Assembly (NCBI GenBank): GCA_035326105.1
Contig: DAOKYO010000001.1
Location: 200,405-264,404, forward strand
Length of the DNA stretch: 64,000 nucleotides
From: Bacilli bacterium
GTDB taxonomy: Bacteria > Bacillota_I > Bacilli_A > RFN20 > CAG-826
Reading direction: 5' to 3'
This document shows, piece after piece, positions 49,124 through 63,196 of the stretch (positions are counted from its first letter, which is position 1; each line of letters begins with the position of its first letter). The translations under genes were made by a program, and so were the position numbers. The notes below the pieces were generated by a model that was not told where the DNA came from, did not search any database, and was given only the letters and a program-made list of their open reading frames with translations.

Positions 49124-49206
49124 CCTCACACCTCACATAACGGTGTAATTATAACATTTTTTTCTTCTAGAAAAATGCTTATACTAGAAAGACAGGAGAT
49201 TGTTTT

Positions 49207-50103
49207 ATGAAATCGTATCTGAAAAAAATCGTCCAAGGTTTATTGCTTGGATTTGCTCTTATTTCCGGCATGGGAGGCGGAACCGTCGCTGTTCTCATTG
49301 GCATTTATGATGAGCTTATTGCCTCGATTGCAAACTTTCCTAAAAATCCCAAGAAAGAGTTAAAGGTTCTCTGGCCATGGGCGGTCGGAATGATTATCGG
49401 AATCGGAGCTTTAATCGTTCCTTTAAAACTCTTGCTTGACCGCTTTCCAATTATTACGATCTCCTTTGTTGTCGGACTAACGCTCGGAGGTTTTCGCGAA
49501 TTAACTTCTATTACCAAGGGACATGCTAATCTTAAAAACATTTTTCTCGCTATCGCCGGAATTTTAATCGCGGCGTCCATCGGGGCGATCAGCTGGTATT
49601 CCAATGCTTCGGCTACATTTATTCCTCTTGATTTCCAGGAAATTATTTTGCTTTTTATTATTGGCTTTTTTGCCTCTGCGGCTTTGGTCGCTCCCGGTAT
49701 CAGCGGAACTCAGTTCCTATTAGCCATTGGCTATTTTTCCGGTTTACTGCAATCCGTGACGGATATATTTAAAGGGGTAAACACTTTGACAAACATCTTG
49801 GCCCTAGGAATTTTCGCCATAGGAATCATCATCGGTTTCTTTGTTATTTCCATCTTTATGAAGTGGTGTTTAGCCAAATTCCGCGTTCCTACTTACTACG
49901 CTATTCTCGGCTTTATTGTTGGATCAATCTTCGCCTGCTACTTTAACGGCGATGTCCGCTCCAGCTACTCCAATTTCGATTGGATTACTCTTGTTCTATC
50001 ACTGGTGGCCTTGACCAGCGGCTTTGCCATTTCCTTTTTTGCCCTTAAATATGCCAGTGATCATGATCCGGAAACCGGACTGGCCCCGGCGATAAAAGAG
50101 TGA
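49207..50103 (+). CDS. DUF368-family polytopic membrane protein (PopT-like candidate undecaprenyl-phosphate translocase)
   Basis: Two internal repeats carrying the DUF368 Gly-rich motifs (ISGMGGGTVAVL and APGISGTQFLL); ~8 TM. Confidence 0.65.
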   Translation: MKSYLKKIVQGLLLGFALISGMGGGTVAVLIGIYDELIASIANFPKNPKKELKVLWPWAVGMIIGIGALIVPLKLLLDRFPIITISFVVGLTLGGFRELTSITKGHANLKNIFLAIAGILIAASIGAISWYSNASATFIPLDFQEIILLFIIGFFASAALVAPGISGTQFLLAIGYFSGLLQSVTDIFKGVNTLTNILALGIFAIGIIIGFFVISIFMKWCLAKFRVPTYYAILGFIVGSIFACYFNGDVRSSYSNFDWITLVLSLVALTSGFAISFFALKYASDHDPETGLAPAIKE

Positions 50104-50113
50104 GGGTCATTCT

Positions 50114-50707
50114 ATGAATTGGGAACTTGAATTCATTAGATGGCTATGGGAACATGGTCATTTTTCGGCTATCATCGATAAAATCATGCTTTTTCTTACC
50201 ATTATTGGCGATGGCTGGTGGGCATTCATTTGGATGGGACCTTTGGTCGTCTTTTTCATTATTAAGCGTAAGTTCCGACCAATGGGAATTGCTTTAGCTG
50301 TCGGCCTTTTAATTTTTGGAATTGTGGGTAACAATCTGCTGATTAAAAATATAATTGCCCGTCCTCGGCCAATTTATTCTGACCCGCTCTTATTGGATTA
50401 TGCTCAAAATTTTTTCACCGGGAATTTACTTCCCTTCATTCCTAAACCCACTAGTTACTCATTTATGAGTGGTCATACGGTTAGCGTTTTTATCTTTGCA
50501 ACCACAATCAGTATTTTTCATCGTCGCTTAACCCCAATTTTAATTGTTTTTGCCACATTGGTCTCCTTTTCCCGCATCTACTTTGGTTTTCATTATCCAA
50601 CCGATGTAATAGCTGGCTTAATATATGGCGTTTTAGTCTCTTTCCTCGCGGTTACTATATCCAAAAAAATTACTCTTCGCCTTAAGGAGCCAAAAAATGC
50701 GCATTGA
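50114..50707 (+). CDS. PAP2-family phosphatase (BcrC/UppP-type candidate undecaprenyl-pyrophosphate phosphatase)
   Basis: PAP2 motifs KNIIARPRP (KxxxxxxRP), MSGHT (PSGH) and SRIYFGFHYPTD (SRxxxxxHxxxD). Confidence 0.8.
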   Translation: MNWELEFIRWLWEHGHFSAIIDKIMLFLTIIGDGWWAFIWMGPLVVFFIIKRKFRPMGIALAVGLLIFGIVGNNLLIKNIIARPRPIYSDPLLLDYAQNFFTGNLLPFIPKPTSYSFMSGHTVSVFIFATTISIFHRRLTPILIVFATLVSFSRIYFGFHYPTDVIAGLIYGVLVSFLAVTISKKITLRLKEPKNAH

Positions 50708-51398
50708 CCGCTACTTGGCTAATGCCGGAGTTGGTACCCGAAGAGAAGTTCATCGTTACATTATGGATAAACGAGTGATGGTAAACGGCAATATCATCAA
50801 ATCCATTTCACTGAATATAAACCCCGTTATCGATCGCGTATCCTTTGATAATGAACCGGTTATATATAAGGAATTTCGATACTTTCTGATTAACAAACCG
50901 CGTGGCTATATGTCTTCGACTATCGAAGAACGCTATCCCCCTGTTACCGGTTTAATTCCTCAATCGGATGTTTTTCGCCTTTTTCCGGTCGGACGCCTCG
51001 ATGTCGATACAACCGGAACCCTTCTGCTTACCAATAATGGCAAATTAGCCCATTCGCTTCTCAATCCCCGCTTTCACGTTGAAAAAATTTATGATGCTGT
51101 TGTTGATCGCCCCCTGTCCGCTGAACTAATCGACAGTTTTCAAAAAGGGCTAAACATCAACGATGAATATATAACTTCTCCTGCCCGACTGGAGATTGTT
51201 GATGATTATCATGCTCGCGTTTCCATTCACGAGGGAAAATATCATCAAATAAAAAGAATGTTTATCGCCTGCGGCTACAATGTTGTTTCCCTCAATCGAA
51301 CCCAGTTTGCCTTCCTTGATTGCACGGGTTTAAAAGAAGGTGAATATCGTGAATTAAATCCGGAAGAAGTAAATAAATTACTTCTTTTTCTGCGTTAG
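50697..51398 (+). CDS. rsuA: RsuA/RluB-family pseudouridine synthase (S4 + PseudoU_synth_2)
   Basis: S4 domain MRIDRYLANAGVGTRREV. Catalytic motif GRLDVDTTGTLLLTNNG. Confidence 0.85.
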   Translation: MRIDRYLANAGVGTRREVHRYIMDKRVMVNGNIIKSISLNINPVIDRVSFDNEPVIYKEFRYFLINKPRGYMSSTIEERYPPVTGLIPQSDVFRLFPVGRLDVDTTGTLLLTNNGKLAHSLLNPRFHVEKIYDAVVDRPLSAELIDSFQKGLNINDEYITSPARLEIVDDYHARVSIHEGKYHQIKRMFIACGYNVVSLNRTQFAFLDCTGLKEGEYRELNPEEVNKLLLFLR

Positions 51399-51451
51399 CA
51401 TTTTCCAGGTGGCAAAATTAGTCTATAATTCCATTACAGCAAGGAGAATTT

Positions 51452-52072
51452 ATGCCACGTAGTGCTTCGGAAAACGCCAAGATTCGCGATCAGCGCCGCC
51501 AGGACCTTTTAAATGTGTGCCTGGAACTTTTTTCACGTCAGGGCTTTGAAGCTGTTACCATTAATGACATTGTTCATCTTGCCGATTGCTCACATGGTCT
51601 TTTCTATCATTATTTCCGCGATAAGGATGATGCCTTTCTAGCCGTTATAAACATGACTTTAAACGATATGAAACAACTTTCCCCCTATCTTGAAAGAATG
51701 AAGGAAACTCCGCGGGATGGATTAAAGGATCTAACCAGTTACTTACTTGAAATCGTGTCTAAAGAGCGTAACCGTTCCTTCGTTCATGAACTGAACATCT
51801 ACGTGAGTCTACATTCGTTCAAAACCGATCGAAGAACACGCTTTTACAATCAACTGACGAAAATGGATATAAAATCTCCTTATGATATTATCAAGGAAAC
51901 ATTTGTTCGCGGCCAGGCTCTTCATGAATTGAAAGCGGATTTCAGTCCTGAAGATCTAGCGATGTTGTATCTAAATCTGATGACCGGTCTCATCAGCAAT
52001 CGTATTGCTCTTGGTCAAAAGCGATTTGCTTATCCTTCGGTCGAAGTTATCATGGCGATATTTGTTCAATAA
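51452..52072 (+). CDS. TetR-family transcriptional regulator
   Basis: N-terminal HTH RRQDLLNVCLELFSRQGFEAVTINDIVHLADCSHGLFYHYF. Confidence 0.85.
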   Translation: MPRSASENAKIRDQRRQDLLNVCLELFSRQGFEAVTINDIVHLADCSHGLFYHYFRDKDDAFLAVINMTLNDMKQLSPYLERMKETPRDGLKDLTSYLLEIVSKERNRSFVHELNIYVSLHSFKTDRRTRFYNQLTKMDIKSPYDIIKETFVRGQALHELKADFSPEDLAMLYLNLMTGLISNRIALGQKRFAYPSVEVIMAIFVQ

Positions 52073-52083
52073 AGGAGAAAATT

Positions 52084-53907
52084 ATGTTTAAAATTTTAAA
52101 GTATCTCGCTCCCATGTGGTGGCGGATTATCATTGTCATAGCCCTTGTCGCTGGGCAAGCTTATCTTCAGCTTTTGATTCCTGATTATATGCAGAGAATC
52201 AGCGAGCAGATGTACGCTTTCCAAGCAGGAAATATCACCCGTTCCGTTATGGTGGATAATATCTGGCATTACGGATTGACAATGATTATTATTACTTTTG
52301 GGTTTATGATCATTGCTGTTTTAGCGCCCTTTTTTAACACACGCGTAGCTACCGAATTCGGCGCCAATCTTCGTTCAAGCATATTTAAACATGTGCAAGA
52401 AGTGTCCTTGCACGAGTACCAAAAATTCGGAACAGCAAGCTTACTGACGAGAATTGTCAGCGATGTTAGAAATGTGCAGGATGTCGTGCAGATGGGAATC
52501 CGAATCATTATTCAATCACCGATGATTCTTATTATTGCCATCATTAAAGTTATTCCCTTGAATATAGGCTACCTATGGTTGATTGGGGCCGGAGTCCCGA
52601 TTATTCTTTTGGCAATTGGGATTATTTTTCATCTTGCTATACCTCTTTTCTCTGAGATTCAAGAGCGTCTTGAGCGAGTGACCCTTCTTTTAAGACAAGA
52701 TTTAACGGGTGTTCGAGTTGTCCGCGCCTTTAACCAGCAAGAACGGGAAAACAAATTTTTTGACAAAGCCAATCACGCGATGACGGATACCATTGCTAAG
52801 GTGGGTCGGACCATGAGTTTTCTAAGTCCGGTGGTGATGATTGTCATGAATGTTATGTTCGTAGCGGTTTTTCTTGTTAGTTTCTTTGTCATCGATAAAC
52901 AAGTCATATCCGAAACCACGATGAATGGATTTGCTTCCTCTATTTCCGTTTCTATGTATGTAAGTCAAATCATGATGAGCATGCTAATGTTAGCCGTTTT
53001 GTTCATTATGGTTCCGCGCGCAAGCGCCTCGGCAACCAGAATTAATTCGGTACTTGTAATTAAGAATTCCATTACTGACCCTGTTAATTCTAAGGACAGT
53101 GATCCGGATGTTAAAGGCCTGGTAGAATTTGAGCATGTTACCTTTCAGTTTCCCGATAGCCAAGAACCAACATTAACCGATGTTAATTTCACCGTTCCGG
53201 CGGGAACAACCACCGCTATTATCGGTTCGACCGGCAGCGGAAAATCATCCATTATTAATTTAATTCCCCGTTTCTATGACATCAGCAGCGGTTCGCTTAA
53301 AATTGATGGCGTTGATGTTCGAGAATATGGCATTGAAGTCCTGAGGAACAAAATCGGCTTTGTTCCTCAGCAAGCTCTTCTTTTCTCGGGAAGCATCCGG
53401 TCAAACATGCTTTTTGGAAACAGCGATGCTACAGATGAAGACATCTGGCGGGCTATAGAGGTCGCCCAAGCCGAGCATTTTGTAAAAGAAAAGCCGGAGG
53501 GCCTTGATAGTGAAGTCGCTCAGGGTGGTAAGAATTTCTCCGGTGGTCAAAAACAAAGATTAGCCATAGCGCGGGCATTAGTTAAAAAACCCGAAATTTA
53601 TATTTTTGACGATTCGTTTAGCGCCCTCGATTTTAAAACAGATATTCGCCTTCGTTCCGCGCTTAAAAATTATACCGAAAACAGTGCGGTTATTATTGTT
53701 GGTCAGCGCGTTTCATCAATTATGGATGCCGATCAGATTGTCGTCCTTGATGAGGGAAAAGTTGTCGGCATCGGAAAACATAATGCGCTGTTAAGAAAGT
53801 GTAAAGTGTATCAAGAAATTGTGGCTTCTCAGCTTGATCCCGATGAGGTTGAAAAGACAAAATCGATGACGCAAGATTTACTTGCTGCGGAAGGAGGTGA
53901 CCGTTAA
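52084..53907 (+). CDS. Heterodimeric ABC exporter subunit 1 (TMD-NBD fusion; Walker B with catalytic Glu replaced by Asp)
   Basis: Walker A GSTGSGKSS. Canonical signature FSGGQKQRLAIARAL. Walker B IYIFDDSFSALD (DD, not DE), the hallmark of the degenerate site in LmrCD/BmrCD-type exporters. Confidence 0.85.
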   Translation: MFKILKYLAPMWWRIIIVIALVAGQAYLQLLIPDYMQRISEQMYAFQAGNITRSVMVDNIWHYGLTMIIITFGFMIIAVLAPFFNTRVATEFGANLRSSIFKHVQEVSLHEYQKFGTASLLTRIVSDVRNVQDVVQMGIRIIIQSPMILIIAIIKVIPLNIGYLWLIGAGVPIILLAIGIIFHLAIPLFSEIQERLERVTLLLRQDLTGVRVVRAFNQQERENKFFDKANHAMTDTIAKVGRTMSFLSPVVMIVMNVMFVAVFLVSFFVIDKQVISETTMNGFASSISVSMYVSQIMMSMLMLAVLFIMVPRASASATRINSVLVIKNSITDPVNSKDSDPDVKGLVEFEHVTFQFPDSQEPTLTDVNFTVPAGTTTAIIGSTGSGKSSIINLIPRFYDISSGSLKIDGVDVREYGIEVLRNKIGFVPQQALLFSGSIRSNMLFGNSDATDEDIWRAIEVAQAEHFVKEKPEGLDSEVAQGGKNFSGGQKQRLAIARALVKKPEIYIFDDSFSALDFKTDIRLRSALKNYTENSAVIIVGQRVSSIMDADQIVVLDEGKVVGIGKHNALLRKCKVYQEIVASQLDPDEVEKTKSMTQDLLAAEGGDR

Positions 53908-55775
53908 TGCCACCACGGATGAATAACGGACCAAAACGGTCTTATGCCGGAGCTCCGACAAAAACCGGGCCCACATTAAAACGCTTGATTAAGTTTTTTA
54001 AGCCGGTCCTGCCCAAAGTGATAGTCGTCGTATTCCTTTTAATCATCTCTTCCGTTTTGACCGTAACTTCCCCTATTCTTTTACGTAACATAATGAATAA
54101 AGCTCAATTGACTACCGATAACCCCTACTTCATGATTACGAGTGAAATGATTATCGAAGTCAAATGGTCAGTTTTGCTTTTTGATTTTGGTATTATTCTT
54201 ATTCTCTATATCGTGTCCGCATTATTAAGTTGGATCACCAGTTGGATTATCGTCCGTATCAGTGCCGATTATACCTATTACATGCGAAAACTGGTTAAAG
54301 AGAAACTAGATCGTTTGCCTCTGTCATACTTTGATGGCCGAAGCGTTGGCGATATCTTATCCAACGGCACTAACGATGTCGATACGATATCCCGCTCTCT
54401 TCAGGATATAGTTACCCAAGTTGTTTCTGGTGTTTCTTTATTGGTCGCAAGCATCGCGGCAATGTTGATTGTAAGTTGGCAACTCACGCTTGTCGCTCTT
54501 TGCATCATCCCAATATCCCTCGCTCTTGCCGGCGGAATCGCGGTTATTTCACAACGGCAATTCATCAAATATCAAAACAAACTTGGCGTATTGGAAGGAA
54601 AGGCCGAAGAAAGCTTTACCGGCTATACGATTGTTAAATTATTCAATCGCGAAAAAGACGTCATCAATGATTTTGAAGACGTTAATCGTGAAATGCAAAA
54701 GACAGAATACAAAGCCCAATTCTTTAGTGCCGTCATTCACCCTTTGCTTCGTTTTGTAAATAATCTCGGATATGTGGCCGTAACTGTCGCCGGAGGTTTA
54801 ATCTCAGCTGTACAAATTGGGGATATTATCGCCTTCCTCATGTTCTTGAACATTTTCGGACAACCTTTACAGAATCTTGGCAGTATCGTCAACATATTCC
54901 AGGCCACCATCGCGGCCGCGGAAAGAATTTTTACCCTCTTGGATGCGAAAGAAATGGAGCCTGATGCTCTCGATGCCATAAGTGATAACAGCAAGGTAAA
55001 AGGTGAAGTTGTCTTTGAACATGTGGCCTTCAGTTACAGCAAGGATAAACCTCTGATTGAAGATATGAATCTTCATGTTCTTCCCGGCGATGCAATTGCC
55101 ATTGTCGGCCCAACGGGAGCGGGTAAAACCACAATCGTCAATCTAATTATGCGTTTCTACGAAATCAACAAAGGCAAGATAACGCTTGACGGCGTTGATA
55201 TTCGCAATTACTCGCGCGGGGCTTTGCGCACCAGCGTCGGTATGGTTCTGCAAGACACTTGGCTCTTTGCCGGATCAATTAAAAACAACATCCGTTATGG
55301 TCGGGGAGATGCGACTGATGAAGAGGTTGTGGCCGCGGCCAAAGCCGCCCATGCCGACCACTTTATTCGCACTTTACCCGAAGGATATGATTTCATTTTA
55401 AATGAAGACGGAACTAATATTTCTCAGGGACAAAGATAATTGATTACCATTGCGCGCGCAATGCTTGCTCGACCGAAGATTCTTATTCTTGACGAGGCTA
55501 CAAGTTCGGTCGATACGCGAACCGAGGCATTGGTTCAAAGTGCGATGAACCGGATCATGGAAGGACGCACCAGTTTCGTTATCGCCCACCGCCTATCAAC
55601 AATTAAAAACGCTAAAACCATTCTTGTAATGAAGAAAGGCCGCATTATCGAATCCGGATCTCATAACGAACTTCTCGCCGCCCATGGTTTTTACGCCGAT
55701 CTATATAACGCCCAGTTCCTTGGAACCAATCCTATGGAACAAGAGGAAGGCGCGAACGAAGAAGTCGAATCCTAA
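53907..55775 (+). pseudogene. Heterodimeric ABC exporter subunit 2, interrupted by an in-frame TAA stop in the signature motif
   Basis: Walker A GPTGAGKTT. The degenerate signature NISQGQR then hits TAA at 55437-55439, where CAA (Gln) is expected. The same frame continues with [25 protein letters not shown] (normal Walker B) to 55775. Confidence 0.7.
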
Positions 55776-55793
55776 TTTCCCTTTAATAAGCAA

Positions 55794-55874
55794 CAAAAAA
55801 AGTCTCAATCGTCTGATTACCTCAAGTTAGGTCTTGCCCTGCTTGATACATCTACGTTTGAGACTTATTTTTTT
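55794..55874. terminator. Bidirectional terminator between the ABC exporter operon and gyrA
   Basis: A7, then 9-bp stem AAGTCTCAA / TTGAGACTT with an unusually long (~49-nt) loop, then T7. The T-run abuts the gyrA stop. Confidence 0.45.
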
Positions 55875-58506
55875 ATTCTTCTACTTCTTCAACTTCCTCT
55901 TCATCACTCGGGTCAACAACCGCGAATGATGATAAAGCTTCATTGTCTTCAAGGCGAATAATTCTTACTCCCTGCGTATTTCTACCGGTACGTGCGACTT
56001 GCTCAAGCGAAATTCGAATAACAATTCCCGCAGCCGTAATAATGATTAAATCTTCGTTCCCATGAACGGCTCTGATACCTACAAGCTCGCCGTTTTTCTC
56101 CGTAGCATTAATGGTAATAACTCCCTTTGCGCCGCGCTTCGTCTCCCGATAGTCAACGAGAGGGGACATTTTCCCATATCCGCGACTGGTGACGGAGAGA
56201 ATATACTCTCCTTCAAGCGAAGTGGTAAATCCGACGAGCTTTCCTCCGTCGACATCCATTCCCTTTACCCCCATTGCGTTACGGCCGATAGAACGAACAT
56301 CGCTTTCCTTAAACCGGCAAAGTTTCCCTTTGCTGGACGCAAGAGCAATTTCCGCCTCTCCGTTCGTGTGCTTAACCGCGAGCAACTCATCGCCTTCAGC
56401 TAAACTTATGGCAATTTTACCGTTTTGGCGAATTGAAGCAAATTCCGAAATGGAAGTCCGCTTAATGGTGCCGTTTACCGTCGCAAAGAAGAGATGATCT
56501 CCTTCGCTGATATTGGTCGAGTCAATGCTAATGATCGAACGGACTTTTTCATCTTTTTCAAGTTGAAGTAAATTTTGAACCGGGATGCCTTTGGATGTCC
56601 GGCTAAATTCGGGTACCTGATATCCCCGCAACCGGTAAACTTTTCCTCGGTTTGTAAAGAAGAGCACATCCGAATGAGTAATGGTATGAATAATAATATC
56701 CACCACATCATCTTCCTGTGTCGCCATTCCCTTGATTCCCCGTCCGCCGCGGTGCTGAGTCCGGAAGGTATCCGGTGACAACCGCTTAATGTAGCCGTTC
56801 TTTGTTAAAGAGATAATAACATCCTCAACAGGTATGAGATCTTCATCGTCGATACTGGCAAGATCATTGCTGAGTTCAGTGCGGCGATCATCTCCGTATT
56901 TAGCTTTAATCTCTTCTAATTCACTGATTACTACCTCTTGAATATTATCGCGACTTTCAAGAATATGTTGGAACTTGGCGATGTTGGCTTCTAAACCATT
57001 GCGCTCATTTTCCAATTTTTGCTCTTCTAATCCCGTCAATCGCCGCAGAGTCAAAGAAAGAATTTCTTTTGTCTGTAATTCAGAAAAACCAAATTGACTC
57101 ATTAAAGCCGCTGTGGCTTCATCGGGTGAACTGCTGTCTTTAATAATCTTAACGATTTCATCTATATGATTAATGGCTTGCAGTAATCCTTGAACCAAGT
57201 GATGCCGAGCCATCGCTACTTGTAATTGGTGATTGGTTCTTCGCCCAATGATCTCAATTTGATAATTTAAATACTCTTTTAACACCTCGTTGATCGGCAG
57301 GACTTTAGGTGCATTGTTTACCAAGCAAAGCATGATGATGCCAAAACTTGTTTGTAATTGCGTATTCTTGAACAATTGATTCAAAATAACTTCGGGAATA
57401 ACATCCCGGCGTAATTCAATAACAACCCGAATGCCCTCTTTGTTACTCTCATCACGAATGTCGGTTATTCCTTCGATAACTTTGTCTTTGACAAGGTTGG
57501 CGATATTTTCAATCATCGTTGCCTTATTGACAATATATGGAATCTCCGTCACCACGATTCGGTGCTTGCCGTTATCTAATTCCTCAAAATGTGCTTTTGA
57601 ACGGATGACAACACTTCCTTGCCCGGTTTCATAAGCTTTCCGAATTCCTCCCTTGCCAAGAATAATGCCGCCGGTTGGAAAATCCGGCCCAAATAAATAA
57701 CTCGTCATTATCTCTAACGGCGAAAGTTCAGGATCGTGGGCAATGGCGATAACCGCATTTATTACTTCCCGTAAATTATGAGGAGGAATATTGGTGGCCA
57801 TACCAACGGCAATACCGCTGGAACCATTGACTAAAAGGTTGGGAAAACGCGAAGGAAGTACCTGCGGCTCCTTCTCCGTACCGTCATAGTTATCCATAAA
57901 ATCGACCGTATCTTGATCGATATCTTTTACCATCTCTAACGCGATCTTGCTCAAACGCGCTTCGGTATACCGCATAGCAGCGGCTTCATCACCATCTACA
58001 CTACCGAAGTTACCATGGCCATCCACCAACGGATAACGCATGGAAAAAGGTTGCGCGAGACGAACTAATGTCGAGTAAATAGCCGAATCACCATGGGGGT
58101 GATATTTTCCCATGACGTCTCCGACAATACGCGCTGACTTCTTATAGGGTTTATCCGGAGTCATTCCGACTTCATTCATGCCATAAATAATCCGGCGGTG
58201 AACCGGTTTAAACCCGTCACGGACGTCCGGCAAGGCCCGCGAGACAATAACCGACATTGAATAATCAAGGAAGGCGGAGCGGACTTCGTCACTCACTTCC
58301 ACATTGCTTATTCCTCCGACAATGCCGCTGCGAATCGCATTGCTGACCGCATCCCCAAGATGCTCTTCATTAACATTCTCGCTATCTTCTTTTTGGTCTT
58401 CGTCCTTATTTTCTTCGTCTATCATCTCTTCTTCATCTTGAACGGGCGTTTCCAAATTTTCTTCGTCTTCGTCCGTCAAAGGCTTCTTTTTGTTCTCTTC
58501 ATCCAT
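55873..58506 (-). CDS. gyrA: DNA gyrase subunit A, with a ~60-aa acidic N-terminal extension
   Basis: [28 protein letters not shown] starts at about residue 78. There is an acidic C-terminal tail. AAAGGAG lies 10 nt before the first ATG, so the D/E-rich extension is probably real. Confidence 0.95.
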   Translation of the reverse strand: MDEENKKKPLTDEDEENLETPVQDEEEMIDEENKDEDQKEDSENVNEEHLGDAVSNAIRSGIVGGISNVEVSDEVRSAFLDYSMSVIVSRALPDVRDGFKPVHRRIIYGMNEVGMTPDKPYKKSARIVGDVMGKYHPHGDSAIYSTLVRLAQPFSMRYPLVDGHGNFGSVDGDEAAAMRYTEARLSKIALEMVKDIDQDTVDFMDNYDGTEKEPQVLPSRFPNLLVNGSSGIAVGMATNIPPHNLREVINAVIAIAHDPELSPLEIMTSYLFGPDFPTGGIILGKGGIRKAYETGQGSVVIRSKAHFEELDNGKHRIVVTEIPYIVNKATMIENIANLVKDKVIEGITDIRDESNKEGIRVVIELRRDVIPEVILNQLFKNTQLQTSFGIIMLCLVNNAPKVLPINEVLKEYLNYQIEIIGRRTNHQLQVAMARHHLVQGLLQAINHIDEIVKIIKDSSSPDEATAALMSQFGFSELQTKEILSLTLRRLTGLEEQKLENERNGLEANIAKFQHILESRDNIQEVVISELEEIKAKYGDDRRTELSNDLASIDDEDLIPVEDVIISLTKNGYIKRLSPDTFRTQHRGGRGIKGMATQEDDVVDIIIHTITHSDVLFFTNRGKVYRLRGYQVPEFSRTSKGIPVQNLLQLEKDEKVRSIISIDSTNISEGDHLFFATVNGTIKRTSISEFASIRQNGKIAISLAEGDELLAVKHTNGEAEIALASSKGKLCRFKESDVRSIGRNAMGVKGMDVDGGKLVGFTTSLEGEYILSVTSRGYGKMSPLVDYRETKRGAKGVITINATEKNGELVGIRAVHGNEDLIIITAAGIVIRISLEQVARTGRNTQGVRIIRLEDNEALSSFAVVDPSDEEEVEEVEE

Positions 58507-58523
58507 TGTTATAGCGCTCCTTT

Positions 58524-61673
<3,150 letters not shown>

Positions 61674-61684
<11 letters not shown>

Positions 61685-61904
61685 CCGCTGTTATCACATA
61701 GCTTGAGGAATCAACTTTGACGCACATCCCCGGAAACAACTTCCGACCACGTCGCGCATCAATCACTCCATCAACAAAAACAGAATGCCCTTGAAGGTAA
61801 GTTTTTGCTTCTCCGCCGGTCGCAATCAGATTAACTTTTTTAAGCAGTTGACCGAGAGTAATATACTCGCCTTTAACCAAGACATTTTGCGTGTTGTCAG
61901 CCAT
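61674..61904 (-). CDS. yaaA: S4-like RNA-binding protein YaaA/RemB
   Basis: 76 aa with ITLGQLLKKVNLIATGGEAKTYL...RRGRKL. Conserved position between dnaN and recF. GAGG RBS. Confidence 0.8.
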
Positions 61905-61949
61905 ATTTTTTCCTCATTTCCCGACTTCTAATATTTTACCATTTTTCAA

Positions 61950-61976
61950 CAAAAAAGGGAATATGTAATATTCCCT
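61950..61976 (-). terminator. Intrinsic terminator after dnaN
   Basis: 9-bp stem AGGGAATAT / ATATTCCCT with a 3-nt loop, followed on the minus strand by TTTTTTG. Confidence 0.6.
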
Positions 61977-62009
61977 TGATAATCGACCTGTCAAAATCAA
62001 TTTTAAGGC

Positions 62010-63137
62010 TTAATATGTGCGAACCGGCGTGACAATTTGAATCTGTGAATCATCCTTATCGTTGCGAACGCTAAACGGCTTCATTTCGCCTAAAAAGCCC
62101 AGCATAACATCTTGACTCTTGCAAGCCCGAACGGCGCTGGCGACAAATGCGGCGTTAAATGATATTTCAAGTCTTTCACCGGTAAAGTGGAAAGTCTCCA
62201 ATTGCTCGGTTGCACTTCCGTTTTGGGCAGACTTGGTTGAAACTTGAACCCCGTCAGTTTCGCTCATTGTCAGTTTTACAACATTTTCGCGGTCGCTGCT
62301 GCTAAGCAACGCCACGCGATCCATGGCCTTAAGTAATTCTTCCGAATTAACTTCAAGAAAATAGTTATAACTTCTTGGAATAATATTTTTGGTAGAAGGA
62401 TATTCCCCGGCGATGAGTCGAGAATTTACGACCGTGCCATTAAAAGCGAATAAGATTTTTGTTTCTGAAATCGAAATAGTAACTTTTTCTTCATCCAAGC
62501 AAAGGCGGGAAATTTCTGAAATAACCTTAGCCGGGACATTGGCATTAAACTTAACTTCTTCATCAATTGTCGTTTCTTTGTGCGCAAGACGGGCACTGTC
62601 CGTAGCCACAACCACCAGTTTGTTGCCTTCGGTTGAAAAATTCACCGCGGTTAAAATCGGCCGCTGTTCCTTTTGTGAAGCCGCAAAAGCGGTTTGGTCG
62701 ACAATCTCGGCTAGTTTTTTACCTGCCAGGCTAAAAGTAACTCCAGTCGGATCTAAATCAATGTCCGGATATTCTTCCGGTTTAATTGAGTTCAAACGAA
62801 AGTTTGATCTTCCGTCATTTATTTCAACGATTGTTTCATCAATTACTTCTAAGGTGATTTCATTACCGTCAAGTCTTCTTGTTATTTCAAAAAGAATTTT
62901 AAAACTTACCAGTGTCGCTCCTGGTTGATAATTACGAATAATTTCGCTACTCCCAATCATGAACGGAACGACTGTTTTAATTGTAAGTTCGTTATCGGTA
63001 CCGATAAGTCCCAACCCTTCGTGGTTTAATTCCAATTTAACATTGCGCATGATGGGAATCGGATGCTTGTCATTAATCGATTTCGAGATTACATTAAGTC
63101 CTTTTAAAAGTTGCTCGCGATTAATCGTCAGTTTCAT
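62010..63137 (-). CDS. dnaN: DNA polymerase III beta sliding clamp
   Basis: 375 aa with a three-domain beta-clamp pattern. GGAGG RBS at 63146-63150. Directly downstream of dnaA. Confidence 0.95.
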   Translation of the reverse strand: MKLTINREQLLKGLNVISKSINDKHPIPIMRNVKLELNHEGLGLIGTDNELTIKTVVPFMIGSSEIIRNYQPGATLVSFKILFEITRRLDGNEITLEVIDETIVEINDGRSNFRLNSIKPEEYPDIDLDPTGVTFSLAGKKLAEIVDQTAFAASQKEQRPILTAVNFSTEGNKLVVVATDSARLAHKETTIDEEVKFNANVPAKVISEISRLCLDEEKVTISISETKILFAFNGTVVNSRLIAGEYPSTKNIIPRSYNYFLEVNSEELLKAMDRVALLSSSDRENVVKLTMSETDGVQVSTKSAQNGSATEQLETFHFTGERLEISFNAAFVASAVRACKSQDVMLGFLGEMKPFSVRNDKDDSQIQIVTPVRTY

Positions 63138-63157
63138 TTATGTATTCCTCCTAAAGA

Positions 63158-63196
63158 AATAACAATAATAATAAGGGGTGTGAATTATGTGGAAAA
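63158..63196 (-). promoter_or_regulatory. Core replication-origin element in the dnaA-dnaN spacer (DnaA boxes, GC cluster, DnaA-trios)
   Basis: Read in the dnaA to dnaN direction: TTTTCCACA and TAATTCACA (1 and 2 mismatches to TTATCCACA; 63196-63179). Then CCCC (63178-63175). Then TTA TTA TTA TTG TTA (63174-63160), whose complement reads 3'-AAT-5' repeats, the A-variant of the DnaA-trio (consensus 3'-GAT-5'). Then AT-rich sequence running into the dnaN RBS. Confidence 0.55.
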
